From: Magallana gigas
Lineage: Eukaryota
Length of the DNA: 64,000 nt
Direction: 5' to 3'
Assembly: GCF_963853765.1 (NCBI RefSeq)
Contig: NC_088861.1
Span: 26,350,001-26,414,000, forward strand
In this document: piece by piece, positions 22,370 through 34,400 of the stretch
Position numbering within the stretch: the first letter of the stretch is position 1
Layout of the letters: each line of letters opens with the position of its first letter
Position numbers and translations under genes: made by a program
The notes under the pieces: generated by a model
What the model saw: the letters and a program-made list of their open reading frames with translations, nothing else
Told to the model about the DNA's origin: nothing
Databases searched by the model: none

Positions 22370-22417
22370 TTAAGCACAAATTGTTGGGAAATTGGGTGAA
22401 AAGGTTATTGCAGAGTG

Positions 22418-23132
22418 CAGGGGCAGACAAATATAATTTTAGAGTACTTGCCCTCGGACAGGTCACAATCATAAAATTACCTGCCCTACCAAAACAATTG
22501 TTCGCCCTACCTTTCAACTTGAACAATAAAAAAAATCACCAAATCACTATTGTCTAGTTCATTTATTTTTTTTCAACAGACTCATAGATTAAGTCACCAA
22601 AATATGACACTTGATCAACCATTAATCATCCTGTGCTTTAATGTAGCCCCTCTGACATTTTGTTTGATCGTTTAAGCATGTTTGGATGGAATGTTGTTGT
22701 TGTTATAGATCTGTGTCCGCCTTTCATTTTTATACTACGGATGCTACTATGGACGTATTTAAAGTTGACTTACCGATTTAACAGTGACGAATTTCTCCAT
22801 TTGCCTATCGCTCCATGTTAATTTAAAGCTTGCATCGCTACTCTGATTAAAGCGTTTAAACGACAAGAGCAACTTGGAGGGGGTATAAATAATTGACTAT
22901 ATTATCGGGACCTCTCTTTATTTTATTAGACTAAGTTAAACATTTGTGAGTTTACTTTCGTTTCACGATATACTGAAAACTCTTGTTACTTTTTAATCGA
23001 ATTGGAAATACAAATATTTTAATGGCTAGCAATAAGTACTTGTCCGAGGACTACTACTACTTAACAGATTAGTTGTCTGACCAATTAAAATACTCGCCCC
23101 GGGCGTCGGGCAATGCTATTTGTCTAGCCCTG
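22418..23132. mobile_element. MITE with CAGGG termini and 5-bp TSD (hAT5-like)
   Basis: CAGGGGCAGACAAAT / ATTTGTCTAGCCCTG with GAGTG on both flanks. Confidence 0.7.
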
Positions 23133-23269
23133 GAGTGTATATGACTAGATGTATTATTAATTAGTCTTCTTTTTCTTAGCAAGTGGCACCTGAAATATGG
23201 ATCTTGATTTTTTCTTTAAAATCTGAAAATGGGGAGGGGCATTGGTGGAAACATTCACAGGAGCTCGGT

Positions 23270-24165
23270 TGTTGGTTAGTGAAATTTCTATTTATTTGTT
23301 CCTAAAGAAAACAATTTGATTAAAATTGGTAATTTTAGGTGTGTTTCTGTATATTACAATAAATCAATTAACTAAAAACTCCAGTTTCAATCACGTAAAA
23401 AATAGTGTATTCAATGTACATATAAAAAAAAGTAAAGGGAAGACACTCAGCATCTTGGATTCAAAGGGATCCTTGATTCAAGCTATGTTTTAAACAATTT
23501 CTCCAGCAATATCGACAAGATTAAGGTTAGAAAATGATCGAATGACTTATCCCCATTGTCTGACTATATCAGTATGCCGTCATCATTATAAACACATCGT
23601 TCCAAAATGTACTAGATATTCGCCAAACTTATCGAAAGCAATGGAAGTTGATGCAAACTCTCCATGTATTCACTGAGGAGATCCGAAAGCTTACGAAATA
23701 CCAAGAGAAATCTTTTTGTGTTTATTTTTGCTCTCCCTAGACTTATCAAAGGTTTCAGTGGTTACATGGAGAATTTACCTCACTCAAAAGTAAACTTCTG
23801 TTGCTTTCGATAAGTTTGGTGAGTATGTAGTACATATCGGAACGATGTGTGTTATTATTTGACATACACATGTAGGCAAACAATAGAGATAAGTCATTGG
23901 ATTATTTTCCAACCTATATCTTGTCAAAAATTGTTGAAGAAATTGAAGAACGTGTTTAAAACATAGCCTACTATAAATCCAAGAAGGCAAGTGTCGTCTC
24001 TTTACTTTTTTAAAATGTACATTGAAAACACTTTTTAAACCACAATCAACTTGATTGAAATGGGGGTTTTCGGTGAATTTATTTATTGCAAAACACTGAA
24101 ATACACCTTTAATTACCAATTTTTTTCATCGGGAACAATTAATTAGGAACTTCACTATCCAGCAA
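23270..24165. mobile_element. Foldback-like element with long diverged inverted arms
   Basis: About 23270-23645 is the reverse complement, with divergence, of about 23800-24165. Example: TTGCTTTCGATAAGTTTGG occurs on opposite strands at about 23802 and about 23642. Confidence 0.75.
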
Positions 24166-25109
24166 CCAAGCCCCTTGTGGTTACACTATCCTGGCTGTGC
24201 CAGTGAATGAATCCAGTTGAGTCCTCCGACTCAATAGAAATAGTCAAATCACTAGTAGAACAACTAAATATTGTACTATGTCCAATTCATATTAGTATAT
24301 ATATATACGCCTAATTATATCTACTTTGGTTGCATAATACATTTATAATCTATACAAAGTATTAAATTTGATGTTTCCATGGGAATGATATACCTGCTAT
24401 CAACTCTTGAACGTCTTCTAACATATCCCTTTCTTTAAGCCATGTAATAACACCATCAGCGCCCACGTCTTCGAAACTTCTCATCCTCTCACGAGTCTCA
24501 GCCATTTTGATAACCCTGATTGGCACAAATCGGATTTGGCGCTAAACGGAAGTGTGTTGCGGAGGAGAAAAGCCAAAGTAATTCGTATTTAGATTAGTCG
24601 CGCAGTTATAACACGAACGTAAATAAAAGTTTCTAACCATCTCAGAAATTCGAAAATATAAGACAATATATCTTCATTCGTAGAATTTTATCCTATTTTT
24701 CTCTTTTTACAATCTGAAGAATGCACAACTACATTCACGTCTCTGGTACAACTTAATAAATCATGTTAAGCCTTATCATAACAAATATCAGTAAAGGAAT
24801 TACTTAGTAAATCATGTTAAGTATATGATAGTTCTTTATCATAACAAGTATCAGTAAAGGAATTACTTAGTAAATCATGTTTTGTTTTTAGTAAATCATG
24901 TCCCTTTTTTCATAATAATAAACAGTAAAAAGGAATCAGTTAGTAAAACATTTCTACACATTAAGTAAATGTAAGTAAAATATTTTTATTTAGTAATTGA
25001 CATGAAGTTCAGTAATTGTTTTAAATTTGTAAGTAAATGTTAAGTAATTACTTATTAATATGATTTTAAGTAAAAAATGATTACTAAGTAAAACTTTTTT
25101 TTAGAGTTA

Positions 25110-26530
25110 GGGCTGCTGGCATGCATCATTGTCTTTTGTTTAAGAAAATAAATGAAAGCTAATAACACTATAAAATCAGAATGACAAAAAATCTCGTCCC
25201 CTTAGAATCCATTTTCGTTATAATTTGTTTATTGCAGTACTTAATATTATCAATGTTTTCTGTTTTTATATGTTTATCATAGTCATACCTGATCCCTGTA
25301 CTTCTTTATGAAATAATTTTCTTTATTTACAATTTTAAAACTGGGCATAATATGGCTCATCCATGAATTTTTAAGACAACTGACACACGTGCAGTATTAT
25401 TCTCCCGACATACGGATCACTTTAAATTAGATTGGTCTTACTATACATGTAGCTAATCTATGTCATATATCTGAACATTTCAACAGTCTTAATATACAAA
25501 AATCTTGAAGCATTAAATATATCTATTCAATAACAGAATAAATGACAAAATTCATTCTGTAATACAAATTAATGATAAAGCATAAATTTACCTATTCGTT
25601 CAGTTCTTCTGCGGATCTGAAGGAAGTTATGCCTCTAACATATATCGTTTAATCCATGCACAACACTCGGCGGCCTTTCATCATCTGACCCCTCACATTG
25701 TGACCAATCGCTTGTAGTAATTCTTTACAAAATAAATAATATTAAACAATATCAACAGTATAAGCACTGAGCACAGGCACCTGACGTTATTAATAAAGTA
25801 ATTAATTCAATAGATCTAGTAATTCACAATGACACCCATCTTATCTCAAAATGTCGAATCAAGTGAATCCATCGGTAAAATTATTTTTGCGACCTCTCCG
25901 TCTCCCGAGTTTACAACCGATGCAACCAACACGGTGCATTACATCTGTCATTAATACAAATCACTCCTCAATTTGTATAAGCTGCCTTAGATATGCGATA
26001 AGTAACTAATTAAAAGCGGTGCTCGCACGATAAAGAACCCTTTAACAACGGTGGCAAAAGAAGTATATTAAATATATTATTAACCGGGCTCTGTTGAAAG
26101 CAGAGTCCTGGCTGTAGGCAGGCAAATCACCAATGTTACTATAAATAGCACAACTTCAAAAGTAAACAAAAAATCAAACAGCGTCAAAGTAAAAGCTTCC
26201 GCTATACCAAATAGTTACACAAAGAGTCACGTTTTATCAAAAGTGTTGTGGTTTTTTTTTGGTTTCTTTTTTTTTTATTTCGAGAGAATTGTCAATCTTT
26301 TTTAGTTTTCTTATTAATAACATGTTTTAAAAACAAGACTATGCATTTTTGACACATACAATATGAATTTCCATGAACTACTTTGATGCACGTTGAAGAA
26401 ATGGGATTGAATATATAACGCTTATTGCAAAATTCAAGGCAGCAACTGTGGAACTTTTTTCTACCAGACAGACATATTTCTGTTTATTGCCGCTTACAAA
26501 ATTTGGTCGTTTTCTGACGCTTTGCTGACA

Positions 26531-26579
<49 letters not shown>

Positions 26580-26828
26580 TCATTCTCCACTACACAATAA
26601 TATTATGCATTAAGACACACCAAAAGAGCCCGGCTTTCAGTACTTTGATTAGTTATTCAGGATCAATCAAGTGTACGGGGATTTACCCCGGGTTGTATTC
26701 CATATTCACCATGAGGCCGCAGGGTGTTCATGTACAAATGTTTTCAGAATTCCCGGGTCAGAAAAACAAAAATTCTCTCTTTAGCAATGCTGCTCGATGT
26801 TAACTCTCGGTCGACCAGATTTTGTTGG
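25110..26828 (+). repeat. About 1.7-kb direct repeat, copy 2
   Basis: Co-linear with 19511-21313. Carries (AG)n at 26537-26571 in place of (TG)n(AG)n. Confidence 0.9.
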
Positions 26829-28629
26829 TTAGAATAGTATTAAGTTATACATACATGTAACCATAATGTGTCTGTTTATTTATTCAGCAAAGAGAATATG
26901 ACCAAATGTGGTGGAATACTGGGGCAATTTCTACCTCAAAGCCGAATAGGATCTGGATTTTAGTCAAATTGCAACTTTACTTTCAACTTCTCCCTGTATA
27001 ACCCTTTCAACTTTTCCCCGTAGGGTCGTCTACTCATACATCACTATATTAGATGTGTGCTATATTTGTTGTACATGTATCTCCTTTCAAAATGAATTAA
27101 ATGTTTATTCCCTACCTGTGTTTTCGTTTCTGATGCACATTTATTCAATATGAGATAACTGCATATTACCAGATAGATCTACATGTACAATGTGTAGAGT
27201 TTTTGCTAACTTATCCAGACAGAAAGGGATCTAATTTTGGGGTATGGCAGCATAAAAGATTATTGACTGAGAAACTTCCTCCAGCAAAAACTTCCTCAGG
27301 TATCCTCTATAACATTTTCAATATCATTTTCCCTTTCCTTCAGATTTTTGTGATTATACACATTCATGGCAGAAAAGAGGTTATTAAGCCCCGTGCTTTC
27401 CCCACAATTCAAGCATGCACTATTCCTTTAAAGTATTCATTTGTTAAAAAGCGTATTGATATATGCATTAAACACCGGAAAAGAATTACCCAATGTTTTT
27501 TACATACTTTTTACTGATTGAAAGGTTAATTATAATTAAAATATATATTAGAGAAAACTTATTCAGATGTAAAATTGAACCACATTACATTCTACATTCT
27601 TTTATTCATTATTAGGTTAACAACTGAGATTTTGGTGAAGACAGATGCAAAAAGCTTAATGCTCTGTGGAAATTGAAAAGCTAAGTTTTTCCCCATTGTA
27701 AATTTCCAAAGGTGAAAATTAAATAGACAAGGTACATATTAAATGGAAACGCCTTCTATCTATCACTGATATGATAATGTAGTATTAATAAAATTGGCAA
27801 AACGTGATGGGAACGACAACTTGAAACGACTGAAATTTACACTCTCATAAATTCACACATGAAATGATATCTGTATAACAACATTTCTATTGATATCAAA
27901 AGTTCCCCGTCCTCTGATAATATTTCCTGTGCAAACTGTTTTCCCAATGTACACTTTGTAATGAAACCACAATTTGAACACACTTTTCTTGACACTCCTG
28001 CTGGTTTAACACCCAGTTAATTGCCCTAATGCAGGGATTTGCTACATGAACTACACTTGTTAAATTGTTTTGCTGAAAACTCTGATCAGATATCTTTGGC
28101 TAAATCACTCGTGATAAACAAGTTGAAGTGATTCATATGTTTATAAATACATGTAATTATTTTTTTAAAGGCCCATTTGATTGAAACTTGTATAACCTTG
28201 TATAGCTTTCTTTATAAAAAATAATTTCAAACTCTTTATGAAACTAAACAATGACCAAAAAATTTGATAGATTCTTGATATTTTACATGATATTTGTTGC
28301 TTTCATTTAAAATGTCGCGCATTGAAACTCAAAACAGCAATTTTTTTTTACTTTACCACCCTGTCTGTTGGCTGTATTAAAGACATGCTACAAAGATTAT
28401 CACATGATCTTTCCTCCAAGCTGTTCTGTAACAAGCGAACGCATGCATACTAATCTGTAAGTTTCATAGACTGTCATGCTTTGACCACGGCAACCGTAGT
28501 ATTTTCTAGCAGTCATCTTCGAAGGTATTCTAAAAGATTGTCTTGTAAGCACAAATTATGCAATCGTACAAGCCCTGAAACGTGATTTTACACCAGTTGC
28601 ACGATTGGGTTCGGTTTGCTTTTTTAACT

Positions 28630-28750
28630 GTACAATTCACTTTGTGAACGGTGCGGTTCATTTTGTGAACGGCACAGTTCGTTTTGTGAAGGGTACGGTT
28701 TACTTTGTGAACGGGAGGGTTCGTTTTGTGAACGGTACGATTCGCTTTCT
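28630..28750. repeat. 21-bp minisatellite (about 5.5 units, core TTTGTGAACGG)
   Basis: Units such as CATTTTGTGAACGGCACAGTT / CGTTTTGTGAAGGGTACGGTT. Confidence 0.9.
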
Positions 28751-29169
28751 CCAGGGTACGCTTTGCTAAAAATAGCCGCACGCTTTGTGGACGACTTGAG
28801 AGATTTATTCATGAGGTAGGCTTGGCCCTAACGCTTTGATTTTTTTCCGATATAATTTTGTTTAGATTTTGCCCGATTGACTTCAACAAGTTGATAATAA
28901 TGATAAGAATTTTTCTTTAATTATAATTATTTGATATATTATTTATGTATTTCAATCTAATTAAAATCAGTTCCCCCGACTTTGATACGTTGCGTGAAAC
29001 ATATACTCAATGAAAACCGGGAAGCGGAAGGTAGTTTTAATTTTGATTTGTCTCTTATTATTCCTATTTAAATGTAAATAAATGTATTTATAACAATAGA
29101 TTAAGAGAACTGTTTGACTTTAATACGATATCTTTTTTTTAATTCAGCGATATTTCTTTAGTTTGCTTT

Positions 29170-29905
29170 ATTATGCTCCTCTTCGAAGAAGGGAGGGCAT
29201 ATTGCTTTGCTGCTGTCTGTCGGTCGGTCCACCAATAGTTTCCGTTCATTTTCTTTGCAAAGGATAAACATATTGAAATGAAATTTGATATACGGATTTA
29301 TCATGATAATGTCTAGGTCAAGTTCGATATTGGGTACGATCGAGCATTTTTCGACAGAGTTATGGCCCTTGGACGTAGAAAGATTCCAGTTATTTGCAGT
29401 TTCTACTCATTTTCTTCACATAGGATATACACATTGAAATGAAATTTGGTATACAGGTTTATGATGATGATATGAGGTTCAAGCTGGATAATTGGTACGA
29501 GCGAACAATTTTCGACAGAGTTATAGCCCTTGGACGTGGAAAAATTCCAGTTATTTGCAGTTTCCTCTCATTTTCTTCGCAGAACATATTGAAATGAAAT
29601 TTAGTATACACGTGTATCGTGATAATATTTAAGTCAGGTTCGATATTGGGTACGATCGAGCAATTTTCGGCTCTTGTACGTTGAAACGTTCCAGTTATAT
29701 GCAGTTTCCGCTCATATTTTCGCAGAGGGTGCACATATTGATATGAAATTTGGTATACAGGTTTTTCTTAATAATATCTAGGTCATTTTCGACAGAGGTA
29801 TGCCCCTAGGAAAAATTCCAAATATTTGCAGTTTAAATTCATTTTCTTTGTGGATGTTTCCAAGGAAGGGAGGGTGGCATTAGTGTTTCACAAACATCTC
29901 TTGTT
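29170..29905 (+). mobile_element. HINE carrying about 4 tandem ~155-160 bp satellite-like units
   Basis: 5' hairpin ATGCTCCTCTTC-GAA-GAAGGGAGGGCAT and GTCG/GTCT microrepeat. CATATTGAAATGAAATTTG recurs at about 29270, 29430, 29585 and 29734. Ends GGAGGG..GCATTAGTGTTTCACAAACATCTCTTGTT. Confidence 0.8.
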
Positions 29906-30145
29906 GTTTTCTAGATTTTCGGCTAATTGTTATTAGCATATTTCCATTTCTTTATTCATAATTCTTACGATCACCTTTATTGCGTTCTGTGGCCGATCAA
30001 TTCCCCTAGTAAATAGAAAATGTCCAGTACACAATGTTTAAAACATTTTATAAAAAATCGAAATAGTGTTATAACACAATGTGTGAACACTAATATGTTA
30101 CAATATTTAAGAATTCGGCGATGAATGTTTAGTCAAAAACCATTA

Positions 30146-30975
30146 CCAAGAGGCCAATATCGCTCATCTGAGGAACAATAGATATGAAAAAATCAGCTTA
30201 ATGGAGTCATAATACAAACAACGTGGGCAGTGTAGATCCTGCATAAATGAAGATCCTTCCCCCCCTGGATATTCTTCTTTTTTATTATCATTTGTCCCTA
30301 TTCCAACTGGATCATTTTATAGTCATTACACATGTTGAGCATTGCAGTTCTCAAAAAGATCCAAACAATTGTTTTTGATTGGGATATAAACCTACATCAA
30401 ACTCTGAACCGCTTGTGAGGCCCAATAACTGTCAAGGGGCCGAAGACTAAACAATTTTAAAGAATCACCTGGCTGATTAGGTTCTGAGAAATTTTTAAAA
30501 GATTTACTTAATCTTATATATTCCTATGTAGAAATTCACCCAAAATTGTTACGCCACCCTACCCCTGGGGGTGGTGATTTTCACAAATTTGAATCTATAA
30601 CACCAGTGGATGCTTCCACACAAGATTAAGCTTTCCTGGCTGATTAGATTCTGAATAGAAGATATTAAATTAAATATGTAAAAAAAAATGATCCCCCCAT
30701 TGTGGCCTCACCCTACCCCCGGAGGTCAAGATTTTCAGAACTTAAAATTTACACTTCCTGAGGATGATTCCACACAAGTGTCAGCTTTCCTGGCCAAACG
30801 GTTCACGAGATGACGATTTTTAAAAAATTCTCAAAAAATTTCAATAACTCCCTTGAAAAAGGCATGGTCCTTAATTTTTCACAACTTTGAATACCCATTG
30901 CCTAAGGGTGCTTTGTGCAAGTTTGGTTGAAATTGACCCAGTATTTCATGAAGATGTCGAAAATATAAAAAGACA

Positions 30976-31006
<31 letters not shown>

Positions 31007-31018
31007 AGTGAGCTTAAA
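30146..31018 (-). mobile_element. HINE (reverse orientation)
   Basis: Perfect 14-bp hairpin AGCTCACTTGAGCT-TTC-AGCTCAAGTGAGCT at 30984-31014; CAAGAGGCC..ATCGCTCATCTGAG end; internal ~170-bp subrepeats. Confidence 0.75.
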
Positions 31019-31475
31019 ATGGCCAATGTCTAAGAAAGGTAATACTGTTACACCTTTTGATCAAAATATTATGATCTGCCTTTATGTATATGTTCCTTTT
31101 GCGTTATTAGTGTAGATCTCCATATTACAAGGCCTCAGTTCTTTTATTTATTACTCTTCTTCGGGTTTACATACTATTAAACATGTTATGTTTTTGAAAC
31201 ACAGTTAAAACACGAATATACCTGTAGTATGGTAGTGGTGTTTATTCAAGAATAGATAACATTTCTACAAAAAACTTCAAATGATAGTCCTATAAAAAAA
31301 GTAATGTACAAAGTAGTTAACATTTTATCGTGTCAATGATACATTTGTAATGCTGCATCGTAATGAAAAGTGGATACTGAAAATGTGCCTCAACAAATGG
31401 ATTGATATGAAAGGTTAGTACAAATAAAAATGATCATTATGAAGTCAATTTATTAATTCGACCTCCGTTTTTTGT

Positions 31476-34400
31476 TCAGTTTTTCACCTTCATGAAGTAG
31501 TTTCTTTGATGAGCGTGATACCAGAGCCTTATGAACTTCTTTTTTTACCTGTTAGAATTTTAGAAATAATATGCACAGTTGTATCTTGAGAGAGATGATA
31601 GAGAGAAATGGTCTCGGGAAACTAATATACCGGGAAAAATATATCTGAAGCCATACAAATATTCGAGATTATTATTCGAAATGTTCAGATTTGGATACAA
31701 AAAGAGATTTTAAAAGCAAAAATTGTGTGCAATGTTTGAATCGTAAACATAAAAACATAGATAAGCAATTCTTCTAAGAACATTAAAATCCTTCCTGATG
31801 AATCTTCAAAAATTCTAAAAATGTGAAACGAACGTTTTGATTATGTTGAACAAAGATCACAAATTATGTTTAAAAAATTATAATTTTACCTCCGCGTTGG
31901 TAAAACAGAACAGGACTGCAACCAGAAATCCCTTAAAAAAATAACATGTGTCAGTCAACAATATAAACACTGTGAGCAGACATATCTCATATGCAATTCA
32001 ATAAATAAATTTACAGTAGGGAGATAAGAGCACAATGTATATTTGTAAGCCTATTCCAGATTAACCGTAATTATAACGTGTAATCAATATTTTAAGTGAT
32101 AAGGGGGTTAAAGGCATTGTTTATTCTCTATATAGTTTAAGTTGGATCTGTATTCAGTGATTATCTCGAACCATAACCTAATTAAGTTTTAAATCACATT
32201 GGTTTGATTATTCAAAAGTTGATCAAATGTACATTGTTTAATATAATAACTTCAGAGTTGACAGACATTTGGCAATGCGGCAAGCAAAATGTCAAGGTAT
32301 GAATTCCAATTGGATTTACTTTTCAAATAGTTGAGCGTATAAACATGTTGTTTACTGCTATAATTGCATAATACTATTATAACCGCAGTTTTTGTTCGGT
32401 GGACTTCAAACGAAATGTAAGAATTTACATCAGTCAGCTACATGTAAGTACATGTACATCATATCTGACAATAGAAATCCGACAGTTTCTGCAAATAGAA
32501 ACTAACATGACAAATAAAGTTACCTGTACAGAGACAATCTTTTACTTTATTTCTGTTAAGCAAACTAAGAGGATCTATTGTGTTGAAAAAAAAAAACCTT
32601 AATACTATCCATTGAAGAAACTTTTAATTATTAGAAAATCTAAGATTTGAATTGCCAGACACAAAACTGCCATATTTTTTTAAAAAAATGCTTACCTGAA
32701 AGGAATTGATAATACTTTCAACATACAGCCACACAATTTCCGTTCTATCGTCCATGCAATCTGGCATTGTAACCGATATCACGTAATACACGCCAAACAA
32801 AGGTATAAGGATCAACGTAGAGCGAATCATCCGCCTAAAAAGGGAAAATTTAAAACAAAAGCACACTACTATCAAACAAAAGGTCATAATTTCATTTGGT
32901 TAAAACAACTGCTAATCTATGTGTGGATTACACTGGAAGTTTCTGTTTAATTATTCAAGTGAAAGAGGCAATTTCGTTTTTGTAGGTCGTTTTCGAAATC
33001 AACAAGTGTTGTCAAGTTTTTGAGCTAATATATGCGCAATACATGTAAATGCATATTTCACTCGGAACCAGCGTCATTTTTGAAAATATGTTTTGATGCA
33101 ACAAATAGATAAGACGATTTTAACAAGACCTTAGAATTTCGGTAGGGCGTAACTGTCTCTCTATATGACCTGACAAATTTTAGAGAGTCGCAGCAATGAA
33201 AGAGACAGGCCTGTTTTACACAACTATCCAAAGTCCAAACTCTTGGTAAAATGATTCTATTGGATTTGGCCTTCAAAACGGCCACATTGTAAAACATAAA
33301 TGTTTATACATGTACACAGGAGCGTAAACTGTTTTATTTTTATTGATTTTTTTTCACCATGGCGATGCATAATCCACGCAATCACCGTATACAAACCCTA
33401 ACGCATGGATGTCGACTAAGATACTTTTTCTATTTACAATTAATATCAAATAAAGTTTGCAATATAATAAAAGTCTATTGTAAAATTAAACATACAATAG
33501 TTTTTACTCCTCCATAAAACTGTCATCTACACGATTTAACCCTTTGACCTAAAAATCGGTGTCTTTGTAGGCCTTTTGGAGTGATGGTATAAATTGTAAA
33601 TGCAAAAGCTAAAGGGATAATTTAGATATCGTCTTGAAACGAAAGTCTTGCAACTCTGCACACTTTCTCTATATAAAAATTTAATTTCCCATGTGGTCCA
33701 TCATTTACCCGGGTATTATTTATATTTACTTTGACTCGGGATGCTTCAAATTTAGTTTTCACTTTCTGGCTTAATTAATCATTTTTTAAAAATATCAACA
33801 CATTTTCGATTATGGTTTTTTTTTCTATTGGCACATTGGTTTCGAGTAAAAGTAACACTGTAGAAAGCTTACGACAAAATCGTCCACAGACAACGGACAA
33901 ATGTCAATCAAAAAAGCTCAAGTGAGCCTTCTGCTCAGGTAAACTAACAAGATGATTTAAAGTCAACATTTGATTCTAGTTAATAATTGATTATCTTACT
34001 ATTCAAATCAAACACTTGAATAAAAAACAAACTCTAAAAATAAGAAGATACAACTACCAGATACTTAGAAGTTAAAGAGAGTCGAAACACATTGCTAGAG
34101 TTGAAACACTTTACCTGTGTCGATGGGGGATGTGTTTTGTTGAATCGTTCACTTTACTGAATATAGTTCGTAAAATGTTAATGAAGAATATGAAATTTAC
34201 CTACAAAAAAAAATCGCACACACAAACTATATACTGCTTTTGCTTGTAAAGTTAGAATATCACTGCATTCATGATTGTAAATATTAAATCACTTTTTACG
34301 TATGCACAACCTTGAAAAATTTTTTTTTATAAATAACCAATTGTATACATAAAATGCAATTATTGAACGCATATTATGGTTGATAGAAGACATGCCTTTT

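Noticed and set aside
26522-26803. ORF with RERERE repeat
   Set aside because: Translation of an (AG)n microsatellite within the direct repeat.
27230-27460. Possible transposase fragment (minus, ...RIPEEVFAGGSFSVNNLLC)
   Set aside because: Too short and interrupted to assign to any family from memory.
28340-28530. Candidate terminal GPCR exon (acceptor near 28522)
   Set aside because: In the phase required by the 31485 donor it adds only NTFEDDC-stop; unsupported without transcript data.
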